Below the pieces are notes generated by a model. That model was given only the letters and a program-made list of their open reading frames with translations. It was not told the DNA's origin and searched no databases. A stretch of 64,000 bases of DNA from Escherichia coli. GTDB lineage: Bacteria; Pseudomonadota; Gammaproteobacteria; Enterobacterales; Enterobacteriaceae. Below, piece after piece: positions 49,790 to 64,000 of the stretch. The position numbers and the translations under genes were made by a program. The stretch's first letter is position 1. Every line of letters starts with the position of its first letter. The stretch lies in assembly GCF_016026235.1 (NCBI RefSeq), contig NZ_CP065613.1; one strand, written 5' to 3'.

Positions 49790-51091
49790 ATGAAAAAACT
49801 GTTTATCCAGTTTTACCTGTTATTGTTTGTCTGCTTCCTTGTGATGTCTCTGCTGGTTGGGCTGGTGTACAAATTTACCGCCGAACGCGCGGGCAAACAG
49901 TCGCTGGATGATTTGATGAACAGTTCGCTGTATCTGATGCGCAGCGAATTGCGTGAGATCCCCCCACACGACTGGGGTAAGACGCTGAAAGAGATGGATT
50001 TAAATCTCTCTTTCGATCTGCGAGTCGAGCCACTGAGTAAATACCATCTTGATGATATTTCCATGCACCGACTGCGTGGCGGCGAAATTGTCGCCCTGGA
50101 CGATCAGTACACGTTTTTGCAGCGTATCCCGCGCAGCCACTACGTGCTGGCAGTTGGTCCTGTTCCTTATCTTTATTATCTCCATCAGATGCGATTGCTG
50201 GATATCGCCCTGATCGCTTTTATTGCTATTTCCCTCGCCTTTCCGGTGTTTATCTGGATGCGTCCGCACTGGCAGGATATGTTAAAACTGGAAGCAGCGG
50301 CGCAACGATTTGGCGATGGGCATCTCAATGAACGTATCCACTTTGATGAGGGTTCGAGCTTTGAACGACTTGGTATCGCATTTAACCAGATGGCGGACAA
50401 TATCAACGCCTTGATTGCCAGCAAAAAACAGCTTATTGACGGTATCGCTCACGAACTGCGAACACCGTTAGTGCGCCTGCGTTATCGACTGGAGATGAGC
50501 GATAACCTGAGCGCCGCCGAATCCCAGGCGTTGAATCGTGATATCAGTCAACTTGAAGCTTTAATTGAAGAGCTGCTGACTTATGCCCGACTCGATCACC
50601 CACAAAACGAGCTTCATCTTAGCGAACCAGACCTGCCGTTGTGGCTGTCAACGCATCTGGCAGATATTCAGGCAGTAACGCCCGATAAAACGGTACGGAT
50701 AAAAACGCTCATGCAAGGCCATTATGCGGCGTTGGATATGCGCTTAATGGAGCGCGTGCTGGATAATTTGCTCAATAATGCCCTGCGCTACTGCCATTCA
50801 ACGGTTGAAACCAGCCTGCTACTGTCGGGGAATAGAGCGACATTAATTGTTGAGGATGATGGCCCAGGGATTGCCCCAGAAAACCGCGAACATATCTTTG
50901 AACCTTTTGTTCGCCTCGATCCCAGCCGGGATCGCTCAACCGGCGGCTGCGGGCTGGGGCTGGCAATTGTCCACTCTATAGCACTGGCAATGGGCGGTAC
51001 GGTTAATTGTGACACCAGCGAACTGGGTGGTGCCCGCTTCTCGTTTAGCTGGCCGTTGTGGCATAACATCCCGCAATTTACCTCTGCTTGA
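49790..51091 (+). CDS. rstB: Sensor histidine kinase RstB
   Basis: 433 aa; HAMP, H-box IAHELRTPL and ATPase motifs. Confidence 0.9.
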   Translation: MKKLFIQFYLLLFVCFLVMSLLVGLVYKFTAERAGKQSLDDLMNSSLYLMRSELREIPPHDWGKTLKEMDLNLSFDLRVEPLSKYHLDDISMHRLRGGEIVALDDQYTFLQRIPRSHYVLAVGPVPYLYYLHQMRLLDIALIAFIAISLAFPVFIWMRPHWQDMLKLEAAAQRFGDGHLNERIHFDEGSSFERLGIAFNQMADNINALIASKKQLIDGIAHELRTPLVRLRYRLEMSDNLSAAESQALNRDISQLEALIEELLTYARLDHPQNELHLSEPDLPLWLSTHLADIQAVTPDKTVRIKTLMQGHYAALDMRLMERVLDNLLNNALRYCHSTVETSLLLSGNRATLIVEDDGPGIAPENREHIFEPFVRLDPSRDRSTGGCGLGLAIVHSIALAMGGTVNCDTSELGGARFSFSWPLWHNIPQFTSA

Positions 51092-51133
51092 CACTACGCG
51101 CACGGTGGTCAAGTCACCACCACTGTGCTATAA

Positions 51134-53496
<2,363 letters not shown>

Positions 53497-53607
53497 GGCC
53501 AGCTCCTCACCTGATTAATTTTTTCTTTCTGTTTTGCTTTCGTTAAGCAACTTTTAGCTCACTCATTATTTACCATTTGATAACAAATGTTTGGTCTTTC
53601 GTGCCAT

Positions 53608-53636
53608 GTAAAAAAACCGCCCCGAAGGGCGGCTCT
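53608..53636 (-). terminator. Rho-independent terminator downstream of fumA
   Basis: Minus-strand hairpin AGCCGCCC-TTCG-GGGCGGT followed by a T7 run, 5 bp after the fumA stop. Confidence 0.75.
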
Positions 53637-53638
53637 GT

Positions 53639-55285
53639 TTATTTCACACAGCGGGTGCATTGTGTGAGTTGTATCTGCTGAAAGAAGTCATTTCCTTTAT
53701 CATCCACAAGAATAAACGCCGGGAAATCTTCCACTTCAATTTTCCAGATGGCTTCCATTCCCAGTTCCGGATATTCAACACATTCCAGGCTCTTAATACT
53801 TCCCTGCGCCAATACAGCGGCCGGACCACCGATACTGCCAAGGTAGAAGCCGCCGTGTTTTTTACAGGCATCCGTCACCTGCTGGCTGCGGTTGCCTTTC
53901 GCCAGCATGATCATACTTCCGCCCTGCGCTTGCAGTTGATCGACATAAGAATCCATCCGTCCGGCGGTCGTTGGGCCAAGAGAACCGGAGGCATAACCTT
54001 CCGGCGTTTTGGCCGGACCCGCGTAGTAAATCGGATGATCTTTAATGTATTGCGGCAGCCCTTCACCGTTATCCATCCGCTCTTTCAGTTTGGCGTGAGC
54101 AATATCACGACCAACGATAATCGTGCCGTTAAGCGATAAGCGTGTAGAAACGGGATACTGCGACAACTGTGCGAGGATCTCTTTCATCGGACGGTTAAGG
54201 TCAACGCGCACCGCTTCGCCTTCTCCCGCTTTGCGCAGCTCTTCCGGGATATATTTGCCTGGATTATGTTCCAGTTTTTCGATCCAGATCCCCTGACGGT
54301 TGATCTTCGCTTTGATATTACGGTCAGCAGAACAGGAGACGCCCATACCGACCGGGCAGGATGCGCCGTGACGTGGCAGGCGAATCACGCGGATGTCGTG
54401 AGCGAAGTATTTACCACCAAACTGCGCACCCAGACCAAGATTTTGCGCTTCGATCAGCAATTCTTTTTCCAGTTCCACATCGCGGAACGCCTGACCGTGC
54501 TCATTCCCTTCCGTTGGCAGTTCATCATAGTATTTAGCGGAAGCCAGTTTCACCGTTTTAAGGTTCGTTTCTGCAGAAGTTCCACCAATAACGAACGCAA
54601 TATGATACGGAGGACAGGCCGCCGTACCCAGCGTGCGCATCTTCTCAACCAGGTAATTTTTCAGTTTCCCCGGCGTCAGTAACGCTTTGGTTTCCTGATA
54701 GAGATACGTCTTGTTTGCCGAACCACCACCTTTGGCGATACAGAGGAATTTGTATTCGTCGCCATCAACGGCATAAAGATCGATCTGCGCTGGCAGATTG
54801 GTGCCGGTATTCACTTCTTTATACATATCCAGCGGCGCGTTTTGCGAGTAGCGCAGATTATCTTCGATATAAGTGTTATAGACACCGCGCGCCAGCGCCG
54901 CTTCATCACCACCACCGGTCCATACACGCTGCCCTTTTTTACCAACAATAATCGCGGTGCCGGTATCCTGACAGGTTGGCAGAACGCCTTTCGCCGCGAT
55001 GTCGGAGTTACGCAGGAATTGCAGCGCCACATATTTATCATTTTCGCTGGCCTCCGGGTCACGCAGAATGTCGGCCACCTGTTGTTGGTGCGCCGGACGC
55101 AGCATAAACGACGCATCATGAAACGCCTGACGCGCCAACAGAGTTAACGCTTCGGGTGCGACTTTCAAAATCTCCTGCCCTTCAAATTCAGATACGCTAA
55201 CGTGTTCGCTGGTTAGCAGGTAATACTCAGTATCATCTTTTTTGAGTGGAAAAGGAGCCTGATAATGAAAGGGTTTGTTTGACAT
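53639..55285 (-). CDS. fumA: Class I (Fe-S) fumarate hydratase
   Basis: 548 aa; class I FumA/FumB-type sequence. Confidence 0.95.
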   Translation of the reverse strand: MSNKPFHYQAPFPLKKDDTEYYLLTSEHVSVSEFEGQEILKVAPEALTLLARQAFHDASFMLRPAHQQQVADILRDPEASENDKYVALQFLRNSDIAAKGVLPTCQDTGTAIIVGKKGQRVWTGGGDEAALARGVYNTYIEDNLRYSQNAPLDMYKEVNTGTNLPAQIDLYAVDGDEYKFLCIAKGGGSANKTYLYQETKALLTPGKLKNYLVEKMRTLGTAACPPYHIAFVIGGTSAETNLKTVKLASAKYYDELPTEGNEHGQAFRDVELEKELLIEAQNLGLGAQFGGKYFAHDIRVIRLPRHGASCPVGMGVSCSADRNIKAKINRQGIWIEKLEHNPGKYIPEELRKAGEGEAVRVDLNRPMKEILAQLSQYPVSTRLSLNGTIIVGRDIAHAKLKERMDNGEGLPQYIKDHPIYYAGPAKTPEGYASGSLGPTTAGRMDSYVDQLQAQGGSMIMLAKGNRSQQVTDACKKHGGFYLGSIGGPAAVLAQGSIKSLECVEYPELGMEAIWKIEVEDFPAFILVDDKGNDFFQQIQLTQCTRCVK

Positions 55286-55483
55286 TGTTCTCTCACTTAC
55301 TGCCTGGTTTGGTTATGCTCTGGGCGGGTGTTCCGTTGCCCTGTTAAAAGCGAGTAACAATATCCTACACACTTTTTTAACAAAAACTGAGACTAGTACG
55401 ACTTTTTGCGGCTCCAGGTTACTTCCCGTAGGATTCTTGCTTTAATAGCGGGATTAATTTCCACATTAAAACAGGGATTGATC

Positions 55484-56659
55484 ATGCAAAAACTCATTAA
55501 CTCAGTGCAAAACTATGCCTGGGGCAGCAAAACGGCGTTGACTGAACTTTATGGTATGGAAAATCCGTCCAGCCAGCCGATGGCCGAGCTGTGGATGGGC
55601 GCACATCCGAAAAGCAGTTCACGAGTGCAGAATGCCGCCGGAGATATCGTTTCACTGCGTGATGTGATTGAGAGTGATAAATCGACTCTGCTCGGAGAGG
55701 CCGTTGCCAAACGCTTTGGCGAACTGCCTTTCCTGTTCAAAGTATTATGCGCAGCACAGCCACTCTCCATTCAGGTTCATCCAAACAAACACAATTCTGA
55801 AATCGGTTTTGCCAAAGAAAATGCCGCAGGTATCCCGATGGATGCCGCCGAGCGCAACTATAAAGATCCTAACCACAAGCCGGAGCTGGTTTTTGCGCTG
55901 ACGCCTTTCCTTGCGATGAACGCGTTTCGTGAATTTTCCGAGATTGTCTCCCTACTCCAGCCAGTCGCAGGTGCACATCCGGCGATTGCTCACTTTTTAC
56001 AACAGCCTGATGCCGAACGTTTAAGCGAACTGTTCGCCAGCCTGTTGAATATGCAGGGTGAAGAAAAATCCCGCGCGCTGGCGATTTTAAAATCGGCGCT
56101 CGACAGTCAGCAGGGTGAACCGTGGCAAACGATTCGTTTAATTTCTGAATTTTACCCGGATGACAGCGGCCTGTTCTCTCCGCTGTTGCTGAATGTGGTG
56201 AAATTGAATCCTGGCGAAGCGATGTTCCTGTTCGCTGAAACACCGCACGCTTACCTGCAAGGCGTGGCGCTGGAAGTGATGGCAAACTCCGATAACGTGC
56301 TGCGTGCGGGTCTGACGCCTAAATACATTGATATTCCGGAACTGGTTGCCAATGTGAAGTTCGAAGCCAAACCGGCTAACCAGTTGTTGACCCAGCCGGT
56401 GAAACAAGGTGCAGAACTGGACTTCCCGATTCCTGTTGATGATTTTGCCTTCTCGCTGCATGACCTTAGTGATAAAGAAACCACCATTAGCCAGCAGAGT
56501 GCCGCCATTTTGTTCTGTGTCGAAGGCGATGCAACGCTGTGTAAAGGTTCTCAGCAGTTACAGCTTAAACCGGGTGAATCAGCGTTTATTGCCGCCAACG
56601 AATCACCGGTGACTGTTAAAGGCCACGGCCGTTTAGCGCGTGTTTACAACAAGCTGTAA
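55484..56659 (+). CDS. manA: Mannose-6-phosphate isomerase
   Basis: 391 aa from MQKLINSVQNYAWGSKTALTELYG; cupin fold. Confidence 0.95.
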   Translation: MQKLINSVQNYAWGSKTALTELYGMENPSSQPMAELWMGAHPKSSSRVQNAAGDIVSLRDVIESDKSTLLGEAVAKRFGELPFLFKVLCAAQPLSIQVHPNKHNSEIGFAKENAAGIPMDAAERNYKDPNHKPELVFALTPFLAMNAFREFSEIVSLLQPVAGAHPAIAHFLQQPDAERLSELFASLLNMQGEEKSRALAILKSALDSQQGEPWQTIRLISEFYPDDSGLFSPLLLNVVKLNPGEAMFLFAETPHAYLQGVALEVMANSDNVLRAGLTPKYIDIPELVANVKFEAKPANQLLTQPVKQGAELDFPIPVDDFAFSLHDLSDKETTISQQSAAILFCVEGDATLCKGSQQLQLKPGESAFIAANESPVTVKGHGRLARVYNKL

Positions 56660-56759
56660 GAGCTTACTGAAAAAATTAACATCTCTTGCTAAGCTTATTA
56701 AAGGCTTATAACACCTTCAGGCGGCCAGTCCGCCTGATTTCATTTTATGGATAATCATT

Positions 56760-58268
56760 ATGAATAAATCGCTGGTAGCGGTAGGCGTCATTGTTGCGCT
56801 AGGCGTAGTCTGGACAGGCGGCGCATGGTATACAGGCAAGAAGATTGAAACCCATCTCGAAGAGATGGTCGCGCAGGCGAACGCGCAACTCAAACTGACC
56901 GCTCCTGAATCCAACCTGGAAGTGAGTTATCAAAACTATCATCGCGGCGTATTCAGCAGCCAGTTGCAACTGTTGGTGAAACCCATTGCCGGGAAAGAAA
57001 ATCCGTGGATTAAAAGCGGTCAGAGCGTCATCTTCAACGAATCGGTTGATCATGGTCCCTTCCCGCTTGCCCAGCTTAAAAAACTGAACCTGATCCCGTC
57101 GATGGCATCAATTCAAACCACGCTGGTTAATAACGAAGTAAGCAAACCACTGTTTGATATGGCAAAAGGTGAAACGCCTTTTGAGATTAACTCGCGCATT
57201 GGTTACAGCGGTGATTCCAGTTCCGATATTTCGCTCAAGCCACTGAATTACGAGCAAAAGGATGAAAAAGTCGCCTTTAGCGGCGGCGAGTTCCAGTTAA
57301 ATGCTGACAGAGACGGCAAAGCTATCTCCCTTTCCGGGGAGGCGCAAAGTGGTCGGATAGACGCAGTTAACGAATATAACCAGAAAGTGCAGTTGACCTT
57401 TAATAATCTGAAAACCGACGGTTCCAGCACGCTGGCAAGTTTTGGTGAGCGCGTAGGAAACCAAAAACTGTCACTGGAAAAAATGACCATTTCAGTGGAA
57501 GGCAAAGAACTGGCACTGCTGGAAGGCATGGAGATCAGCGGTAAATCGGATCTGGTCAATGATGGTAAAACGATCAATAGCCAACTGGATTACTCGCTAA
57601 ACAGCCTGAAGGTACAGAATCAGGATCTGGGCAGCGGCAAGCTGACTTTAAAAGTCGGCCAGATTGATGGTGAAGCCTGGCATCAGTTTAGCCAGCAATA
57701 TAACGCGCAAACTCAGGCGCTGCTGGCACAGCCAGAAATTGCCAACAATCCCGAACTTTATCAGGAGAAAGTGACGGAAGCCTTCTTTAGCACCCTGCCG
57801 CTGATGTTGAAAGGCGATCCGGTGATTACTATCGCGCCGCTAAGCTGGAAAAACAGTCAGGGTGAAAGTGCGCTGAATCTGTCGCTGTTCCTGAAAGATC
57901 CGGCAACGACTAAAGAAGCGCCGCAAACGCTGGCGCAGGAAGTAGATCGTTCGGTTAAATCTCTGGATGCGAAACTGACCATTCCGGTGGGTATGGCAAC
58001 TGAGTTGATGACTCAGGTAGCGAAGCTGGAAGGTTATCAGGAAGATCAAGCGAAAAAACTGGCGAAACAGCAAGTTGAAGGTGCATCAGCAATGGGGCAG
58101 ATGTTCCGTCTGACCACCTTGCAGGACAATACCATCACCACCAGCCTGCAATATGCTAACGGTCAGATAACGTTAAATGGGCAGAAAATGCCACTGGAAG
58201 ATTTCGTTGGTATGTTTGCAATGCCGGCATTAAACGTTCCGGTCGTACCCGCTATTCCGCAGCAGTAA
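56760..58268 (+). CDS. ydgA: DUF945-family periplasmic protein YdgA
   Basis: 502 aa with N-terminal signal/anchor. Confidence 0.85.
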   Translation: MNKSLVAVGVIVALGVVWTGGAWYTGKKIETHLEEMVAQANAQLKLTAPESNLEVSYQNYHRGVFSSQLQLLVKPIAGKENPWIKSGQSVIFNESVDHGPFPLAQLKKLNLIPSMASIQTTLVNNEVSKPLFDMAKGETPFEINSRIGYSGDSSSDISLKPLNYEQKDEKVAFSGGEFQLNADRDGKAISLSGEAQSGRIDAVNEYNQKVQLTFNNLKTDGSSTLASFGERVGNQKLSLEKMTISVEGKELALLEGMEISGKSDLVNDGKTINSQLDYSLNSLKVQNQDLGSGKLTLKVGQIDGEAWHQFSQQYNAQTQALLAQPEIANNPELYQEKVTEAFFSTLPLMLKGDPVITIAPLSWKNSQGESALNLSLFLKDPATTKEAPQTLAQEVDRSVKSLDAKLTIPVGMATELMTQVAKLEGYQEDQAKKLAKQQVEGASAMGQMFRLTTLQDNTITTSLQYANGQITLNGQKMPLEDFVGMFAMPALNVPVVPAIPQQ

Positions 58269-58278
58269 TTCACAGCCA

Positions 58279-58312
58279 AAACGCCGGAGGTTTTTCTCTC
58301 CGGCGTTATTTC
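58279..58312. terminator. Hairpin terminator between convergent ydgA and uidC
   Basis: Inverted repeat ACGCCGGAG-GTTTTTCTC-TCCGGCGT with flanking T-rich sequence. Confidence 0.5.
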
Positions 58313-59578
58313 TTACTTCAGCATAAAGTCATACTGAATACTCATTTTCACATCCCAGTAATTCAGGCGATCGCCCAGCGTACTGCCATCGCGCTTTTCC
58401 CGCCCTTTATCGGCAGCAAGAAAGAAATTCATCCCTTGTAACGGCCCTTCGCTGACCCGATAGTTCATACCACCTAAGATACCCGCGCCTTCAATCCGCA
58501 CATCTCGTTTACTGGATTCATAGCCGCGAGTCACAATCGGTGCAAATGTCAGCGTAAATTGCGGGGTTAAACGATAGTTGACACCCAATTGCCAGGACTG
58601 CATTCCTTCACGGTTACGATCTAGACTTAATGAAAAGGGATAGCCAATGTCGGTATCCACCACGGCACCCTTAATTGCATGGCGCAAATAACCACCACTG
58701 CCAAATACGCTTCCCCACGGCGCATTCCAGGTTAATTGTCCACTAACCAACGCCGTTTCATTGGGCTGGCTGGTATTACGACTTAAACCTTCGATTTGCG
58801 CGTAAAAGCCGAGCAACTCCCCTTTCAACGTATAATTCGGGTCGAGCGGTATACTTTTCTCGAGAATACTTTGTATCTGATTGGAAACATCTTTCTGTAC
58901 CGATGCCCCCAGAGAATAGCGACTGGTATCATCATGCCAACTGGCGGCTAAAAAAGAACGTGCGCGATGTTTATCGTATTTTCCCGTCTGGCTGTTATAC
59001 ACCCCTTCATCACGAATACCGGTTGTTGAATCAGTCCATAAAAATACTCGTGAACGCCACATTCCCCACAGATCAATATTTGGCGTTAAAGCCCAATAAC
59101 CTAATGCTCCTTCAGAAACTGTCGGTAATGTACGTTGCGAACTGCCAGCCATTAACGGAATACGATAAGGTAAGCTACCATAACTATAATCCGTCCCGAA
59201 GCGACCTAATTTAAGCAGGCTATTTTCACTGGGTTTTATTTTTACTGCCCCGAGGGCAAAGCCAAAACTTTTATCACCATCAAGATACCACCGGGTACTC
59301 ATATCAGCACGAGCACCTAATTTATAAACATAATACGCTCCGCCTTCAACGCCAATAATATTGGAATAATAACCACTATTGAAATCGAGCAATCCTCCCT
59401 GTACCCATGCGTAAATATCTCTTCCCGCGCCAGCACTGGGCTTATCCGCCCTGCGCAATTCGTTTTTCAGTCTGATGCGTAGTCCCGCTTCATCGTCAGC
59501 CAGTTGCGCCGCGTAAGCAGAGGTAAGGCCAGAGGCAGCCGTCAGGCAAATAACGGCCATGGCCACTATTTTTCTCAT
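58313..59578 (-). CDS. uidC: Outer membrane glucuronide-associated porin UidC (GusC)
   Basis: 421 aa; signal peptide; C-terminal aromatic residue typical of beta-barrels. Confidence 0.9.
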   Translation of the reverse strand: MRKIVAMAVICLTAASGLTSAYAAQLADDEAGLRIRLKNELRRADKPSAGAGRDIYAWVQGGLLDFNSGYYSNIIGVEGGAYYVYKLGARADMSTRWYLDGDKSFGFALGAVKIKPSENSLLKLGRFGTDYSYGSLPYRIPLMAGSSQRTLPTVSEGALGYWALTPNIDLWGMWRSRVFLWTDSTTGIRDEGVYNSQTGKYDKHRARSFLAASWHDDTSRYSLGASVQKDVSNQIQSILEKSIPLDPNYTLKGELLGFYAQIEGLSRNTSQPNETALVSGQLTWNAPWGSVFGSGGYLRHAIKGAVVDTDIGYPFSLSLDRNREGMQSWQLGVNYRLTPQFTLTFAPIVTRGYESSKRDVRIEGAGILGGMNYRVSEGPLQGMNFFLAADKGREKRDGSTLGDRLNYWDVKMSIQYDFMLK

Positions 59579-59616
59579 AGTTGCACCTTTGATGTTCTGA
59601 TTATTTTTATTGAATA

Positions 59617-63100
<3,484 letters not shown>

Positions 63101-64000
63101 CTGAGGGATCCCCAGAAAATTTAGTAAACCATTATCATATTGGTATACCGTTGCTGTAGAACTTTCAGCCCTGCGTCAAGTGACAGTGTGTTTAGTATGA
63201 GTGGAGAATGTCGAATCACATTCTCCGCCAGTTTTAATAACGAGATGACTCGCCTGTGCTTCACTGTATTTGCCTGATATTTATGATGTATCCCTTTGTT
63301 TTCCAGGCTGAAACCGCTTAACCACATAATGATACTGGCTAATGTTGCGATCAGACTCAATACCGTGACCCGCCCGGATGAATGACTGGCACCAAACCGT
63401 AGTCCAAATCCCCAGCGAGGATTTTTTTCATCCCTGAAATTTTGCTCAATTTGCATTCTACGGCTGTATAATTTCATTACCTGTTTTGGCGAGAACTCAG
63501 TACTGTTTGTGAAAATAAACCATGGTGATTTCCCGGCAGTACGAGCTTTAGCCGTCACCGATGGTCTGGTTGCTCTTTCCTTCGAGCGTTTAAATCTACG
63601 ACCTTTAGGCTTACTTTTATAAAGATAAAAATGCCCTTCATGTTGTGCATTTTTATCTCGACCCAGCAGGCCTTCACCTAAATAAATTGCTGTCGTTGAT
63701 GCTTTTGTGCCTGAGTCCGACACCTTTTCCCAGCCATTACCAACATTGTAATAATGATTGCCCAGTACCCGGCAAATATAGGTCCAGCCACGGGAGCGGA
63801 GCTGTTGGAACCATCGCCCCTGAAAACCGGCATCTGTAATAACAATGACATCAGTCCCGGGGGAAAAGCACTCAGCAAGCGATTCCAGAAAACGCTCATG
63901 TACATCTGCATTCGCTGTCTGTGATGATGGAACGACACAACTCATCAACGGTAAAGAACGCCCGTCACATGCCAGGCTTGCCCGCAAAAGCTGAAAACGA
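63101..64000 (-). mobile_element. IS4-family IS10-like element, copy 2 (partial, runs off the window), inverted relative to copy 1
   Basis: Terminus CTGAGGGATCCCCAGAAAATTTAGTAAACC and about 880 bp identical to the reverse complement of copy 1. Confidence 0.85.
63121..64000 (-). CDS. IS10-like DDE transposase, partial (N-terminus beyond window end)
   Basis: The 288 aa within the window are identical to the C-terminal 288 aa of the copy 1 transposase. Confidence 0.85.
   Translation of the reverse strand, partial: RFQLLRASLACDGRSLPLMSCVVPSSQTANADVHERFLESLAECFSPGTDVIVITDAGFQGRWFQQLRSRGWTYICRVLGNHYYNVGNGWEKVSDSGTKASTTAIYLGEGLLGRDKNAQHEGHFYLYKSKPKGRRFKRSKERATRPSVTAKARTAGKSPWFIFTNSTEFSPKQVMKLYSRRMQIEQNFRDEKNPRWGFGLRFGASHSSGRVTVLSLIATLASIIMWLSGFSLENKGIHHKYQANTVKHRRVISLLKLAENVIRHSPLILNTLSLDAGLKVLQQRYTNMIMVY

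Overview
This window is Escherichia/Shigella-type chromosome in three parts. (1) 1-18904: a degraded lambdoid prophage, all on the minus strand, running head remnant -> FII/Z/U/V/G-T/H/M/L/K/I/J tail module -> lom -> stf; several genes are visibly damaged (J and V frameshifted, stf with an in-frame TAG, capsid and int truncated). (2) Two IS elements: an IS3-family element of IS600 type (17058-18321) sitting at a prophage rearrangement breakpoint, and an IS10-like IS4-family element (18905-20198). (3) 20199-63100: a 43-kb core block colinear with the E. coli K-12 rspBA-ynf-dms-mlc-asr-mdtJI-pntAB-rstAB-tus-fumCA-manA-uidCBA region, ending at a second, inverted, sequence-identical copy of the IS10-like element (63101 to window end). 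Gene names in the core block are from recognising the translated ORFs against K-12 proteins from memory, not from a database search. The most notable observations are the inverted IS pair bracketing the tus/TerB-containing core block, the IS600 breakpoint joining head genes to an int-xis remnant on the same strand, and premature TAG codons in stf and uidB. No CRISPR array, rRNA or tRNA gene was found. I found no clearly novel defence or other undescribed system; the accessory content is prophage structural genes, the lom moron and IS elements.
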